The notes beneath the pieces are model-generated. The model saw only the letters and a list, made by a program, of their open reading frames with translations. It searched no databases and was not told where the DNA came from. DNA of 61,792 nucleotides from NCBI GenBank assembly GCA_022508785.1, contig JAFLUN010000001.1, positions 12,971 through 74,762 on the forward strand. Direction: 5' to 3'. Positions within the stretch are counted from its first letter, which is position 1. Every line of letters starts with the position of its first letter. The translations under genes and the position numbers were made by a program. This DNA comes from Oscillospiraceae bacterium (GTDB lineage Bacteria; Bacillota; Clostridia; Oscillospirales; Acutalibacteraceae). Below, in pieces: positions 28,981 through 38,054 of the stretch.

Positions 28981-29160
28981 ATGAAAAAGGCTTTAAAAGT
29001 AATTGCTGTTCTCGCACTTATCGCAGGCGCCGCATTTGCCGCTTACGTTGTAATTAAAAAATATGTTGACAGTAAAAGAGTTGTTATCGGCAATGACGCT
29101 GAAAATTATGTTTCTTGCTCTTGCTGTGACGACAGCTTTATTTCCGAAACTGTTGCTTAA
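28981..29160 (+). CDS. Hypothetical small membrane protein (59 aa) with CSCC motif
   Basis: GGAGG precedes the ATG at 28981. It has one TM helix (VIAVLALIAGAAFAAYVVI) and is followed by a terminator. Confidence 0.5.
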   Translation: MKKALKVIAVLALIAGAAFAAYVVIKKYVDSKRVVIGNDAENYVSCSCCDDSFISETVA

Positions 29161-29180
29161 AAAACTTTTACCGAAAGTCA

Positions 29181-29210
29181 AAGGGGCTCAAACGAGCCCC
29201 TTAATTTTTT
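29181..29210. terminator. Rho-independent terminator (shared by convergent genes)
   Basis: The AGGGGCTC/GAGCCCCT stem is followed by TAATTTTTT on the plus strand. Confidence 0.6.
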
Positions 29211-29221
29211 GCTTTTATTTT

Positions 29222-29575
29222 TTACTTAGATTTAGGTTTTGTAACTAACGCCACAACAAGACCGCTCATCATGGCAACTGTTATGCCCACGGACGCTGAA
29301 GACAAAGGCCCTGTTAAAATGCCCAGCGCGCCCTTTTCCCGTATTGCTTTTTGCGTTCCCTGAACTAACATATTGCCGAACCCAGTGAGCGGCACGGTAG
29401 CGCCTGCCCCTGCAAACTCAACGATTGGCTGATAAAGCCCCAACGCACCGAGCAAAACTCCGAGAACAACAAAGGATACGAGTATTCTTGCAGGCGTAAG
29501 CTTTGTAAGGTCAATTAAAAGCTGACCTACAACACAAATTATTCCGCCGATAATAAATGCTTTTAAAAATATCAT
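29222..29575 (-). CDS. spoVAE: Stage V sporulation protein AE (SpoVAEB-type)
   Basis: FIIGGIICVVGQLLID..KLTPA...AGAGATVPLTGFG...KPK closely parallels SpoVAEB. GGGAG precedes the ATG at 29575. Confidence 0.8.
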   Translation of the reverse strand: MIFLKAFIIGGIICVVGQLLIDLTKLTPARILVSFVVLGVLLGALGLYQPIVEFAGAGATVPLTGFGNMLVQGTQKAIREKGALGILTGPLSSASVGITVAMMSGLVVALVTKPKSK

Positions 29576-29688
29576 AATTTTCACTCCCGACAATATTTTG
29601 TCAGAAAATGAAAAAAATATACAAAAGAAAAAGCACGGATAACCGCGCCTTTTCATTAAGATTATTACCTTTTAATTTTGCAAAGCGA

Positions 29689-29964
29689 TTATTCGCCTTT
29701 CATTTTTGCAAAGCAATCGCTGCAATAAACAGGTCTGTCATCTTTGGGTTCGAACGGAATTCTTGCTTCACCGCCGCATGATGCACATACTGCTGTATGA
29801 TACTCTCTTGCGCTGCGAGCTGCATTTTTGCGTGCTACACGGCACTCTTTGCATCTCTGAGGCTCATTCTCGAAACCTTTCTCAGCATAAAATTCTTGTT
29901 CGCCTGCTGTGAAAACAAATTCGTTTCCGCAATCTTTGCAGGTAAGGGTCTTGTCTTCGTACAT
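29689..29964 (-). CDS. Zinc-ribbon protein with CxxC-x25-CxxC and CxxC-x17-CxxC pairs
   Basis: Cys9/12/38/41 and Cys60/63/81/84 are read directly from the translation. This matches the widely conserved small 'CxxC-x17-CxxC domain' family. Confidence 0.65.
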   Translation of the reverse strand: MYEDKTLTCKDCGNEFVFTAGEQEFYAEKGFENEPQRCKECRVARKNAARSAREYHTAVCASCGGEARIPFEPKDDRPVYCSDCFAKMKGE

Positions 29965-30048
29965 TTTGCTACCTCGCTAAAAATATTTTTACCCCGAGCG
30001 GAATTGCACCGCCTGCACCCAAAAATGCTCCTCTAAGGCAAGGGCATA

Positions 30049-30609
30049 CTAATCCTTTTTAATTTTTTGACGAATGCGCTGAACCGCATTGTCAATTTGC
30101 TTTAATTCGCAGTTCAAATTTTCCGCTATTGCTTTTCTTGAAAAACCGAGAAGATAAGATTTTGCAACGGAAAGCTCAAACGGGGACAGCGAATCAAAAA
30201 ATGCATTCTGCTGTTCTTTTAAAATTATCATATCCTCAGGTGAAGGATTTTTCGATTCAACATCAGTTAAATCTTCAATTTGAACATAGTTTTTTAACGG
30301 TATATGCTTTTTGCGGTTTACGGAATTATAATACCGCTGCATAGCTTGTTCGGTGAGAACCATTGCGAACGAAGAAAAATTGTCGCTTTTTGAAGGGTCG
30401 AAGGAAAAAATTGCAGAATAAAAGCCGATAACGCCTTCCTGATAAAAATCGTCCGCTTCAACGCCCTGAGTAAAGGAAAAGCTTTTTGCCTTTTCTAAAA
30501 TTCGGTGAGAATAGCGCTTTAAAAGAACGGGAAAAGCCTCTGCATTGCCCCCAACGGCAAATTCTACAAGTTCATTATCGCTAAAATCGAAAATAGATTT
30601 ACCGTTCAT
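30049..30609 (-). CDS. Sigma-70 family RNA polymerase sigma factor, SigH (Spo0H)-like
   Basis: Region 2 is DDFYQEGVIGFYSAI. RKKHIPLKNYVQIED resembles SigH RQKHIPLNSY. Region 4 is LSPFELSVAKSYLLGFSRKAIAENLNCELKQIDNAVQRIRQKI. Confidence 0.7.
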   Translation of the reverse strand: MNGKSIFDFSDNELVEFAVGGNAEAFPVLLKRYSHRILEKAKSFSFTQGVEADDFYQEGVIGFYSAIFSFDPSKSDNFSSFAMVLTEQAMQRYYNSVNRKKHIPLKNYVQIEDLTDVESKNPSPEDMIILKEQQNAFFDSLSPFELSVAKSYLLGFSRKAIAENLNCELKQIDNAVQRIRQKIKKD

Positions 30610-30721
30610 AAATACACACCTACTAATACAAAAGATAATATCACAAAAAAATCATATTGTCAACTGATTTTTTTGTTAAAAACAGACAAATTCGCAAAAT
30701 ATCATAATTATCTGTTATTAT

Positions 30722-30753
30722 CGACAAAAATCGCCCGAGGAAAACTCGGGCGA
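30722..30753 (-). terminator. Rho-independent terminator
   Basis: On the minus strand, the TCGCCCGAG/CTCGGGCGA stem is followed by UUUUUGU. Confidence 0.65.
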
Positions 30754-30758
30754 AATGT

Positions 30759-30857
30759 TCATCCAAACAATACTTGGAGTATTATTGTTGCCGCGCTAAG
30801 CGCCATTATTATCGCAAGAAAAACAGCGGTAAATTTAACAAACTTATTTCTGTCCAT
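30759..30857 (-). CDS. Hypothetical 32-aa hydrophobic peptide directly downstream of the phosphoglucomutase gene
   Basis: The ATG lies 2 nt after the pgm TAG stop, with GGAG inside the pgm 3' end. The peptide is MDRNKFVKFTAVFLAIIMALSAATIILQVLFG, and a terminator follows immediately. Confidence 0.35.
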   Translation of the reverse strand: MDRNKFVKFTAVFLAIIMALSAATIILQVLFG

Positions 30858-30859
30858 TA

Positions 30860-32578
30860 CTATACTCCTAAAATTCTTGACATATCTTCAGCGATTTTTT
30901 CCGATTTTACGGTCGATTCCTCCCTTGAATTACCGCAAGCAGTAATATAAACCTTAATTTTAGGCTCTGTACCTGAAGGACGGACAATGACCTTGCTGTT
31001 ATCAGGCATAACAAAGGAAAGTACATTTGACTTCGGCAGTTTAATCTCCGTTTCCTCGCCTGATACAATATCTTTCGTCACGCTTAATTTGTAGTCAGAT
31101 GATTTCACAACGGGGGCTCCTGCAATTTCTTTCGGCGGATTTGCTCGCAAATCGTTCATCATATCTGCCATTTTCTGCATACCCGTTGCGCCCTCAAAGC
31201 TGAAATTGAGAACGGTATTTAAGTACATACCGTATTTCTCATAAATGCCGTCCATAAACTGTTTAAGAGAAATACCTTTAAGCTTGTAATATGAAGCCAT
31301 TTCGCAAATGAGAAGAGAGGCAACAACTGCATCCTTATCTCTTGCGTGAGCGCCGCGAAGGTAGCCGTATGATTCTTCCATACCTACGATAAAGCGGTCT
31401 GTTTCACCTTTCTTTTCAAGGTTTGTCACCAGCTCGCCTATGTACTTAAAGCCCGTAAGCAAATCGGCAGTCTGGGCACCGTATGCGGCGGCAATAGTTT
31501 CAACCAAAGGAGTTGTAACAATTGTTTTAACGACTATGGGATTTTCGGGGAGCTTACCCTGCTCGCGTAGCGTTGAAAGAAGATACTCGCTGAGCATTGC
31601 GCCTACCTCATTGCCCGTCATTAAAACGTACTCGTCACCGTCACGCACGGCAATGCCAACACGGTCGCAGTCAGGGTCGGTTGCCAAAAGCAAATCTGCA
31701 CCTGTTCCCTCCGCCGTTTTGATTGCACATTCAAACGCCTGACGGATTTCGGGATTTGGAAAAGGACAGGTCGGGAAATTGCCGTCCGGCTTTTCCTGTT
31801 CTTTTACAACGGTAACGTCTTTAACCCCTGCCATTTTAAGAACCTTGCGAACAGGCTTATTGCCCGTGCCGTTAAGGGGAGTATAAATAACTTTTAAGTC
31901 CGCTTTTTTAAGTACATCGGGATTAACGCTTGCAGAAAGAACGTTCTCATAAAATTCATCCATAAGCCAATCTTCAATGTAATCTATCAAATCCTCTGCC
32001 AAAGCGTCGTCAAAGTCCATTGTTTTTACGCCGCTGAACATATCAATTTTTTGAATATAATCATAGGTTTTGGCGGCGGCTTCATCGGTCATCTGGTAGC
32101 CGTTAGGGTCATAGCACTTGTAGCCGTTATACTTTGAAGGGTTGTGAGAGGCTGTGATTATGATACCCGATGAACAGCCGAGCCTTCTTACTGCAAAAGA
32201 GAGCATGGGTGTGGGAACAAGCTCAGGATAAATATAAACTTTAATTCCGTTTGCCGCAAGAACGCTGGCGGCTTCTCTTGCAAAAAAGTCTGACTTGATT
32301 CTTGAATCGAAAGCAATAGCCACTGACGGATTTTCAAAATTTTCGTTAAGATAATCCGCAAGACCCTGGGTTGCCTGGTTGACGGTATAGACATTCATTC
32401 TGTTTGTGCCCGCACCAATAACGCCGCGAAGCCCAGCGGTGCCAAATTCAAGGTTTTTGTAAAAGCGGTCAAGAATTGCCTCATCGTCCCCTGCTATGCT
32501 TTGGAGCTCAGGAATAAGGTCGGGGTCTGCAGTTGCCTTTTCACACCAAAGACTATATAATGATTTAATATCGTTCAT
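30860..32578 (-). CDS. Phosphoglucomutase/phosphomannomutase family protein (alpha-PGM, PgcA-like)
   Basis: Active-site loop TASHNPSKYNGYK, metal loop DPDCDR and the sugar-binding GMEESYG motif. Confidence 0.88.
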   Translation of the reverse strand: MNDIKSLYSLWCEKATADPDLIPELQSIAGDDEAILDRFYKNLEFGTAGLRGVIGAGTNRMNVYTVNQATQGLADYLNENFENPSVAIAFDSRIKSDFFAREAASVLAANGIKVYIYPELVPTPMLSFAVRRLGCSSGIIITASHNPSKYNGYKCYDPNGYQMTDEAAAKTYDYIQKIDMFSGVKTMDFDDALAEDLIDYIEDWLMDEFYENVLSASVNPDVLKKADLKVIYTPLNGTGNKPVRKVLKMAGVKDVTVVKEQEKPDGNFPTCPFPNPEIRQAFECAIKTAEGTGADLLLATDPDCDRVGIAVRDGDEYVLMTGNEVGAMLSEYLLSTLREQGKLPENPIVVKTIVTTPLVETIAAAYGAQTADLLTGFKYIGELVTNLEKKGETDRFIVGMEESYGYLRGAHARDKDAVVASLLICEMASYYKLKGISLKQFMDGIYEKYGMYLNTVLNFSFEGATGMQKMADMMNDLRANPPKEIAGAPVVKSSDYKLSVTKDIVSGEETEIKLPKSNVLSFVMPDNSKVIVRPSGTEPKIKVYITACGNSREESTVKSEKIAEDMSRILGV

Positions 32579-32663
32579 ATGATTACCTCCGCAAAAGCAT
32601 ATAATTTATTTTATTCCGTATAACATTTTACTCCATTTTATTCCAAATGTAAATAAAAAAAGT

Positions 32664-32692
32664 TTGAATTATATATTTCAATATAGTATAAT
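32664..32692 (+). promoter_or_regulatory. Sigma-A promoter TTGAAT-17-TATAAT upstream of comM
   Basis: -35 at 32664-32669, exact 17-nt spacer, consensus -10 at 32687-32692. Confidence 0.55.
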
Positions 32693-32715
32693 CAGTAAAA
32701 CAAGGGGTGAAAGTT

Positions 32716-34242
32716 ATGTTTGCAAAAATTTCGAGTATGGGACTTTTCGGAATTGATTCTTATAAGGTTGAGGTTGAGGCAGATATTTCAGGCGGTATGC
32801 CCAGATTTGACATTGTGGGGCTTCCTGATGCGTCTGTGTCCGAAAGCAGAGAAAGAGTTCGCTCTGCAATTAAAAATGCAAATCTTACATACCCCGTCAG
32901 CAGAATAACCGTAAACCTTGCCCCTGCGCACATTAAAAAAGAAGGTCCTATTTATGACCTGCCGATTTTTGTTGCATTGCTTGTGGCAAACGGTGAATTA
33001 AAGAGCATTTCGAATGATACGGCGTTTGTGGGAGAGCTTTCCCTTGACGGAAGTCTTCACAAAATCAACGGCGTACTGCCAATGGTTATAGGCGCGCAAA
33101 AAAGCGGTATTAAGGAAATTTTTATTCCTTTCGATAATGCGCACGAGGGCGCTGTTGTAAAAGGAATTACGGTTTACCCTACGAAAAATGTCACTGAGCT
33201 TATAAATCACCTTACGGGAATTAAGAAAATAGAGCCTGTTTCGGACAAGCTCTATGCGGAATATACTCTGCCTTTCAATATTCCTGATTTTGCAGATGTG
33301 AGAGGTTAGGAAGAGGTTAAAAGAGCGTTGGAAATTGCCGCCGCAGGCGGACACAATGTGCTTATGGTGGGCCCTCCCGGTTCGGGAAAAAGTATGCTTG
33401 CAAAGCGCCTTCCCGGTATTCTTCCCGATATGACCTTTGAAGAAGCAATTGAAACTACGAATATATATTCAATAGCAGGAGCGCTTCCAAAAGGGATTTC
33501 TCTTTTAAAGGCAAGACCTTTCCGCTCGCCGCACCACACGGTTTCCCCTGCCGGACTTTCAGGCGGCGGAGCAGTTCCGAAGCCTGGCGAAATTTCCCTT
33601 TCCCACAACGGCGTGTTATTCCTTGACGAGCTTCCCGAATTTCAGCGAACCTCCCTTGAAATACTGCGCCAGCCCATTGAAGACGGAGTTATCAGCATTT
33701 CCCGTGTTGCGGCTAAATTTCAATACCCCTGCTCTGTTATGGTGGTTTGCGCAATGAACCCCTGCCCCTGCGGATATTACGGGCACCCCACGCGCAAATG
33801 CACCTGCTCCGAAACTGCGGCAAAGCGATATTTTAACAGAGTAAGCGGTCCGCTTGTTGACCGACTTGACATTCACATTGACGTGCCCCCCGTTGATTAC
33901 GAAAGCCTTGCAGGCAAAGAAAAGTCCGAGCCGTCAAGTGAGATAAAAAAGCGCGTTAATGCGGCTCGAAAAATCCAGCAAGAACGATTTCAGGGCACTA
34001 ATATCTCCTGCAATGCAAAAATGGATTCTGCCGCAACAAGAAGATTTTGTAATCTTACACCTGCGGCTGATATAATTATGAAAACGGCATTTGAGCGTTT
34101 GGGACTGAGTGCAAGAGCATACGACAAGGTGCTGAGAATAGCAAGAACCGTTGCAGATATGGACAATTCCGATGAAATTGACACAAAGCATATTACTGAA
34201 GCTATTCAGTACCGAAGTTTTGACAGAAGGTTCGGAGAATAA
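32716..34242 (+). pseudogene. comM: Mg-chelatase-like AAA+ protein ComM/YifB, interrupted by one in-frame TAG (33307-33309)
   Basis: Track ORFs 32707-33309 and 33328-34242 share a frame. The junction reads DFADVRG*EEVKRALEIAAAGGHN, where the family has ...DVKGQE.AKRALEIAAAGGHN. Walker A is GPPGSGKS. Confidence 0.8.
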
Positions 34243-34258
34243 AAACAAGTAAATAAGA

Positions 34259-34300
34259 GAAAAAATCACTGTATTCCCATCGAATACAGTGATTTTTATT
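34259..34300. terminator. Bidirectional rho-independent terminator
   Basis: A 12-bp stem ATCACTGTATTC/GAATACAGTGAT is flanked by an A-run and a T-run, between the convergent comM and thiT. Confidence 0.65.
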
Positions 34301-34315
34301 TAAAGCGTAATATTT

Positions 34316-34915
34316 TTACTGTTCGGTCTTATTATTAAAAATAAGTTTTTTAACTGCTACAAATCTCATCAAAGCAACAACAACTGCTATTGTAATTACA
34401 AGCTCGGGAAGAATGTAGGTTGCATTATAACAAATTGAATAAAGCAACGGTGCGTTTTCAAAGGTGGATCCGAAAATCTCCCACTGGTCAAGATATGCAA
34501 AAATGAAATATCCTGAAATAACGTGAGAAACAAAGCGGAGTAAGAATGCTAAGCTCAGCCCTGCGTAAAGCCCTGCTTCGCCCTTCTTTTTGAATATACC
34601 TGCAATTCCTAAAACGGTAAATGCAACTATGTAGTCAAATAAAATGCAACCCACAAGCATAAGCGGAGTAAGACCCCAACCTAAAATTCCGTCCATAGCT
34701 ATTCCGAGAATTAGCTGGAAAATCGAGTAAATGAATGAGGAAAAAAAGCCCCATTTTACTCCGTAGCGGAATGAGAGAATGCAAATCGGGAGCATACTCA
34801 CAAGTGTTACCGAACCGCCCAGAGGCAGTTTGAAGATTTTGACCATGGATAATGCTACTGCCAATGCAATAAAGACAGCAGTTTCCGTAAGTCTCATAAC
34901 GTTTTTCTTTTTCAT
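34316..34915 (-). CDS. thiT: Thiamine transporter ThiT (ECF S-component, YuaJ family)
   Basis: Resembles YuaJ: GGSVTLVSMLPICILSFRYGVKWG...DYIVAFTVLGIAG...HVISG...YNATY. GGAGG precedes the ATG at 34915, and a TPP riboswitch lies directly upstream. Confidence 0.8.
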   Translation of the reverse strand: MKKKNVMRLTETAVFIALAVALSMVKIFKLPLGGSVTLVSMLPICILSFRYGVKWGFFSSFIYSIFQLILGIAMDGILGWGLTPLMLVGCILFDYIVAFTVLGIAGIFKKKGEAGLYAGLSLAFLLRFVSHVISGYFIFAYLDQWEIFGSTFENAPLLYSICYNATYILPELVITIAVVVALMRFVAVKKLIFNNKTEQ

Positions 34916-34931
34916 TTTTAGTTCCTCCAAA

Positions 34932-35072
34932 TAAAAAAATTCAGCCAAGGGAAATACACGCTTTGGCTGAAACATTTTGCTTCCTACGTCGGTATTATCC
35001 GCATCAGGTTCAATGGTTGAGGGAAGATTTATTCCCAATCTCAGCTGACTTTACGGTCAACACCCATGCACA
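34932..35072 (-). promoter_or_regulatory. TPP (THI-box) riboswitch with terminator expression platform
   Basis: The minus strand reads GGGUGUUGACC...CUGAGAUUGGGAAUAAAUCUUCCCUCAACCAUUGAACCUGAUGCGGAUAAUACCGACGUAGGAAGC. The hairpin UUCAGCCAAAG...CUUGGCUGAA plus U7 (34932-34971) follows. Confidence 0.88.
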
Positions 35073-35102
35073 TATTTACTTGGCTGAAGATATTGTAACA
35101 CA

Positions 35103-37307
35103 TTATTCGTAATTGTCAAGTAAAAAGTCTTTTAATGCCGAATAACGAAGCTTAGCTTTACCGTTATCAATCATTTTCATAATTGTTCCGTCTGTGCCCA
35201 CAAGTATCATAAGCTTTTTCGCTCTTGTGACAGCGGTGTAAAGAAGATTTCTGTAACAAAGCTTTTCCGTTACGGAAATTACGGGCATAATGACGGCGTC
35301 AAACTCACTGCCCTGACTTTTATGCACCGTTACGGCAAAGGCGTGCTCTAACTCGCCTAACTGTTCTTTTGCATAAGAGGCACGCCTGCCCCCGAAGTCA
35401 ATAATAACATAGCCGTTTCTGTTATCAATTCTTTCAATAAAACCGATGTCGCCGTTATAAACTCCGTCGCCCTCATTGTGCTTTGATTCCCAGCGAATGT
35501 CGTAGTTATTTTTTATCTGCATCACTTTATCGCCTTCACGGAAAATTCTGTATTCAGTTTTAATCTCTGCCTTATCGTCACTGGGCTGATTTATACTGTT
35601 TTGCAGAACTTTGTTAAGGTAATGTGTACCCGTGTCCCCTTTCTTTGAAGGGCACAGAACCTGAATCTGAGTTTGAGGGTCAAAGCCGTAGGATTCGGGA
35701 ATACGGCGAATATACAAATCGTTTATTGTGCGGACTGCGTCAAGAGGAAAATTTTTGTGAAGCACGAAAAAATCCCCGTCCTTATAATCGGTTTTAATAT
35801 GCTCGCCGTTGACAATCCTATGGGCATTCATTACGATATTGCTCTTCTGCGACTGCCTGAAAATTTCTTTAAGCTCAACAACGGGTAATTTTCCGCTTTT
35901 AATTAAATCGTGAAGAACGTTTCCTGCACTGACAGAGGGTAACTGGTCGCTGTCGCCAACCATAATAAGCCTGCACCCTAAAGGCAGAGCATCCATAAGA
36001 GAATTAAATAGAAAAATATCCACCATTGACATTTCGTCAACAATGACTGCCTGACATTCAAGGGGATTTCGCAAATTCCTTTCAAAATAAGGCTTTTCAT
36101 CTCTCCATTTGACCTCTAAAAGACGGTGAATTGTCATGGCGCTCCTGCCTGTTGCCTCGGTCATTCGCTGTGCCGCTCTGCCCGTCGGCGCACAAAGAGC
36201 AATTTCAAGATTTTTCTTTTCAAAAATTTTGATTATACCGTCAAGTGTAGTTGTTTTACCCGTTCCGGGACCGCCCGTTAAAATCAATACGCCTTTATTA
36301 ACAGCCGTTACAATGGCTTTTCTTTGAAGCTCCGCAAACTCAAAGCCCGTGTTGGCTTCATATTTGTCAATAAAAGCATTCACGTTTTCCGGGTCTTTCG
36401 GCGGGCAACTTAAAAGAACCTGAATTCTTCTTGCAATATTACTTTCAGCATAAAATGCTTCGGGAATAAACAAAAATTCTTTTCCCTTTATTTTTTTGAG
36501 AATAAGGCTTTTATTATCAACAAGGGAATAAATTATTTCTTCAATTTTGTCGTGAGATTCGGAAAGAAGACTTAAAGCAGGGGTAAATATTTTTTCCAAA
36601 GGAACGCAGGTGTGCCCGTTATTGAGATTATGGCGGATTATATGCATTATCCCTGCTTCAATGCGCCTTTCATTAGACGGCGGAACGGCCAACCCCCCTG
36701 CAATTTGCTCTGCTCTTTCAAAGGAGATTCCGTTTTCAACCTCACAAAGAGCATAAGGGTCGTACTCTATCATTTCTTTAGCCGCCATTCCGAAGGTTTC
36801 AAGGGCAAGATGGCTTTCACTGCTTGTAAGACCTAAGCCGGAAAGGGAAATAAGCAAAGAGCGAACCGTAAACTGACGGGCAAATTCCTCGCCGATTTTT
36901 TTAGCTTTACTCGCTGAAATTCCTTTGATTTCCGAAAGCCTTTCAGGGTGGTTTTCAAGAATATCAAAGGAAGCTTCCCCAAATCTTTCCACAATTGCAC
37001 GGGCAGTAGCCTCGCCCACTCCGCGAACAGCGCCGCTTGAAAGATAATGGTACAAATCGTCCACAGTTTTGGGCAAGGTGGCATAGCAGGATTCCGCTTT
37101 AAACTGCCGTCCGTACACGGAATGGTAGGTATAATCGCCGACTGCTTCAACTGTATCGTGCTCACGGATATCCGGCGCAGTGCCCACAACGGTTAGCTCC
37201 TCTTCGCCCATATCAAGAGTAAAAACAGTGTATCCGTTCACATCGTTACGGTATGTAATCTCGGTAACAGTTCCCCGAAGTTTAATTTTTGTTTCAAAGT
37301 CTTCCAT
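35103..37307 (-). CDS. recD2: ATP-dependent RecD-like DNA helicase (RecD2)
   Basis: N-terminal OB/HhH region, Walker A GGPGTGKTT, DEMSMVD, and a C-terminal TVHKSQGSEF...YTAVTRAK. Confidence 0.88.
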   Translation of the reverse strand: MEDFETKIKLRGTVTEITYRNDVNGYTVFTLDMGEEELTVVGTAPDIREHDTVEAVGDYTYHSVYGRQFKAESCYATLPKTVDDLYHYLSSGAVRGVGEATARAIVERFGEASFDILENHPERLSEIKGISASKAKKIGEEFARQFTVRSLLISLSGLGLTSSESHLALETFGMAAKEMIEYDPYALCEVENGISFERAEQIAGGLAVPPSNERRIEAGIMHIIRHNLNNGHTCVPLEKIFTPALSLLSESHDKIEEIIYSLVDNKSLILKKIKGKEFLFIPEAFYAESNIARRIQVLLSCPPKDPENVNAFIDKYEANTGFEFAELQRKAIVTAVNKGVLILTGGPGTGKTTTLDGIIKIFEKKNLEIALCAPTGRAAQRMTEATGRSAMTIHRLLEVKWRDEKPYFERNLRNPLECQAVIVDEMSMVDIFLFNSLMDALPLGCRLIMVGDSDQLPSVSAGNVLHDLIKSGKLPVVELKEIFRQSQKSNIVMNAHRIVNGEHIKTDYKDGDFFVLHKNFPLDAVRTINDLYIRRIPESYGFDPQTQIQVLCPSKKGDTGTHYLNKVLQNSINQPSDDKAEIKTEYRIFREGDKVMQIKNNYDIRWESKHNEGDGVYNGDIGFIERIDNRNGYVIIDFGGRRASYAKEQLGELEHAFAVTVHKSQGSEFDAVIMPVISVTEKLCYRNLLYTAVTRAKKLMILVGTDGTIMKMIDNGKAKLRYSALKDFLLDNYE

Positions 37308-37635
37308 TTATAAAATCCTTTAAATCTTCTTTTTTAACGACTGTTATGCCGTCTGTCTGACCGCAAACATTAAGGGTTTCTTCCAATTCCTTGTCGGAAA
37401 TTCCGTTATCAACTATAACCAATACGTTATTTTCACATTCGCCGCATAAATTAAGCTTTAGCCTTGCACAGTACGCCATACGGCTAACATTTTCTGTATT
37501 TGCATCACACGGAATGCAGATAAAATAATCGCATTTTTTCTTTGGCATCAGCAATTTAAACAGCAAAAACGTTGCCAAAATTACAATTGATACAAAAGAT
37601 ATGAAAATAAGCATTGAACATATAAATACTCTCAA
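37294..37635 (-). CDS. Hypothetical Cys-rich membrane-anchored protein
   Basis: One N-terminal TM helix followed by CDYFICIPC...YCARLKLNLCGEC. It overlaps the recD2 start by 14 nt. GGAGGTG lies upstream, and the start is ambiguous (TTG 37635 or GTG 37644). Confidence 0.45.
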   Translation of the reverse strand: MRVFICSMLIFISFVSIVILATFLLFKLLMPKKKCDYFICIPCDANTENVSRMAYCARLKLNLCGECENNVLVIVDNGISDKELEETLNVCGQTDGITVVKKEDLKDFINGRL

Positions 37636-37684
37636 AGAATACACCTCCGAAGCATTATATGTTAACGGCTTTCTTAATGTTAAA

Positions 37685-37704
37685 GCCCCCGCATAAGCAG
37701 GGGC
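37685..37704 (-). terminator. GC-rich stem-loop downstream of rnpB (probable terminator or processing hairpin)
   Basis: The GCCCC/GGGGC stem has a U-run immediately 5' and only UUUAAC on the 3' side, so the terminator call is tentative. Confidence 0.35.
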
Positions 37705-37708
37705 AAAA

Positions 37709-38046
37709 AATGAGTAAATCTGTAAGCCGGGTTCTGTCGTTTAAGGCAATTATCTATCTGCGATGTGCGTTGCCGCACACCTGAAGCCGTCTTTCGAAGT
37801 ATCTGCCCAGCTGACAACTTCTGCTGACGTTGCATCGGGTAGGGTTTGCTTGGCCGTTACATCTCTGCAACGCCGGTGAGCTCTTACCTCGCCTTTCCAC
37901 CCTTACCGAAAAAATCGGCGGTATTTCTCTATGCACTTTCCCTAAGGTCGCCCTCGGCGGCTGTTAGCCGTTACCCTGCTGTGTGATGCCCGGACTTTCC
38001 TCACTAAATCTTAGCGATATTAGCGCAACTGCCCAATCTACTCATT
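37709..38046 (-). ncRNA. rnpB: RNase P RNA, bacterial type A
   Basis: The minus strand contains the universal P4 strands GAGGAAAGUCCGGGC and ACAGAACCCGGCUUA, plus AGGGAAAGUGCAUAGAGAAAUACCGCC. P1 pairs GAGUAGAUU (38035-38043) with AGAUUUACUC (37712-37721). Confidence 0.9.
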
Positions 38047-38054
38047 TTAATAAC

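Noticed and set aside
33307-33309. Genome-wide reassignment of TAG to Gln as an explanation for the comM stop
   Set aside because: TAG appears to work as a normal stop elsewhere in the window. pncC ends at TAG just before the sortase start, and phosphoglucomutase ends in TAG. Most other genes use TAA. A point mutation or sequencing error is simpler.
33306-33608. 100-aa minus-strand ORF spanning the comM break, considered as a possible inserted gene
   Set aside because: The two comM halves are contiguous and in the same frame with no extra DNA. The ORF is an antisense artefact of the GC-richer AAA+ region.
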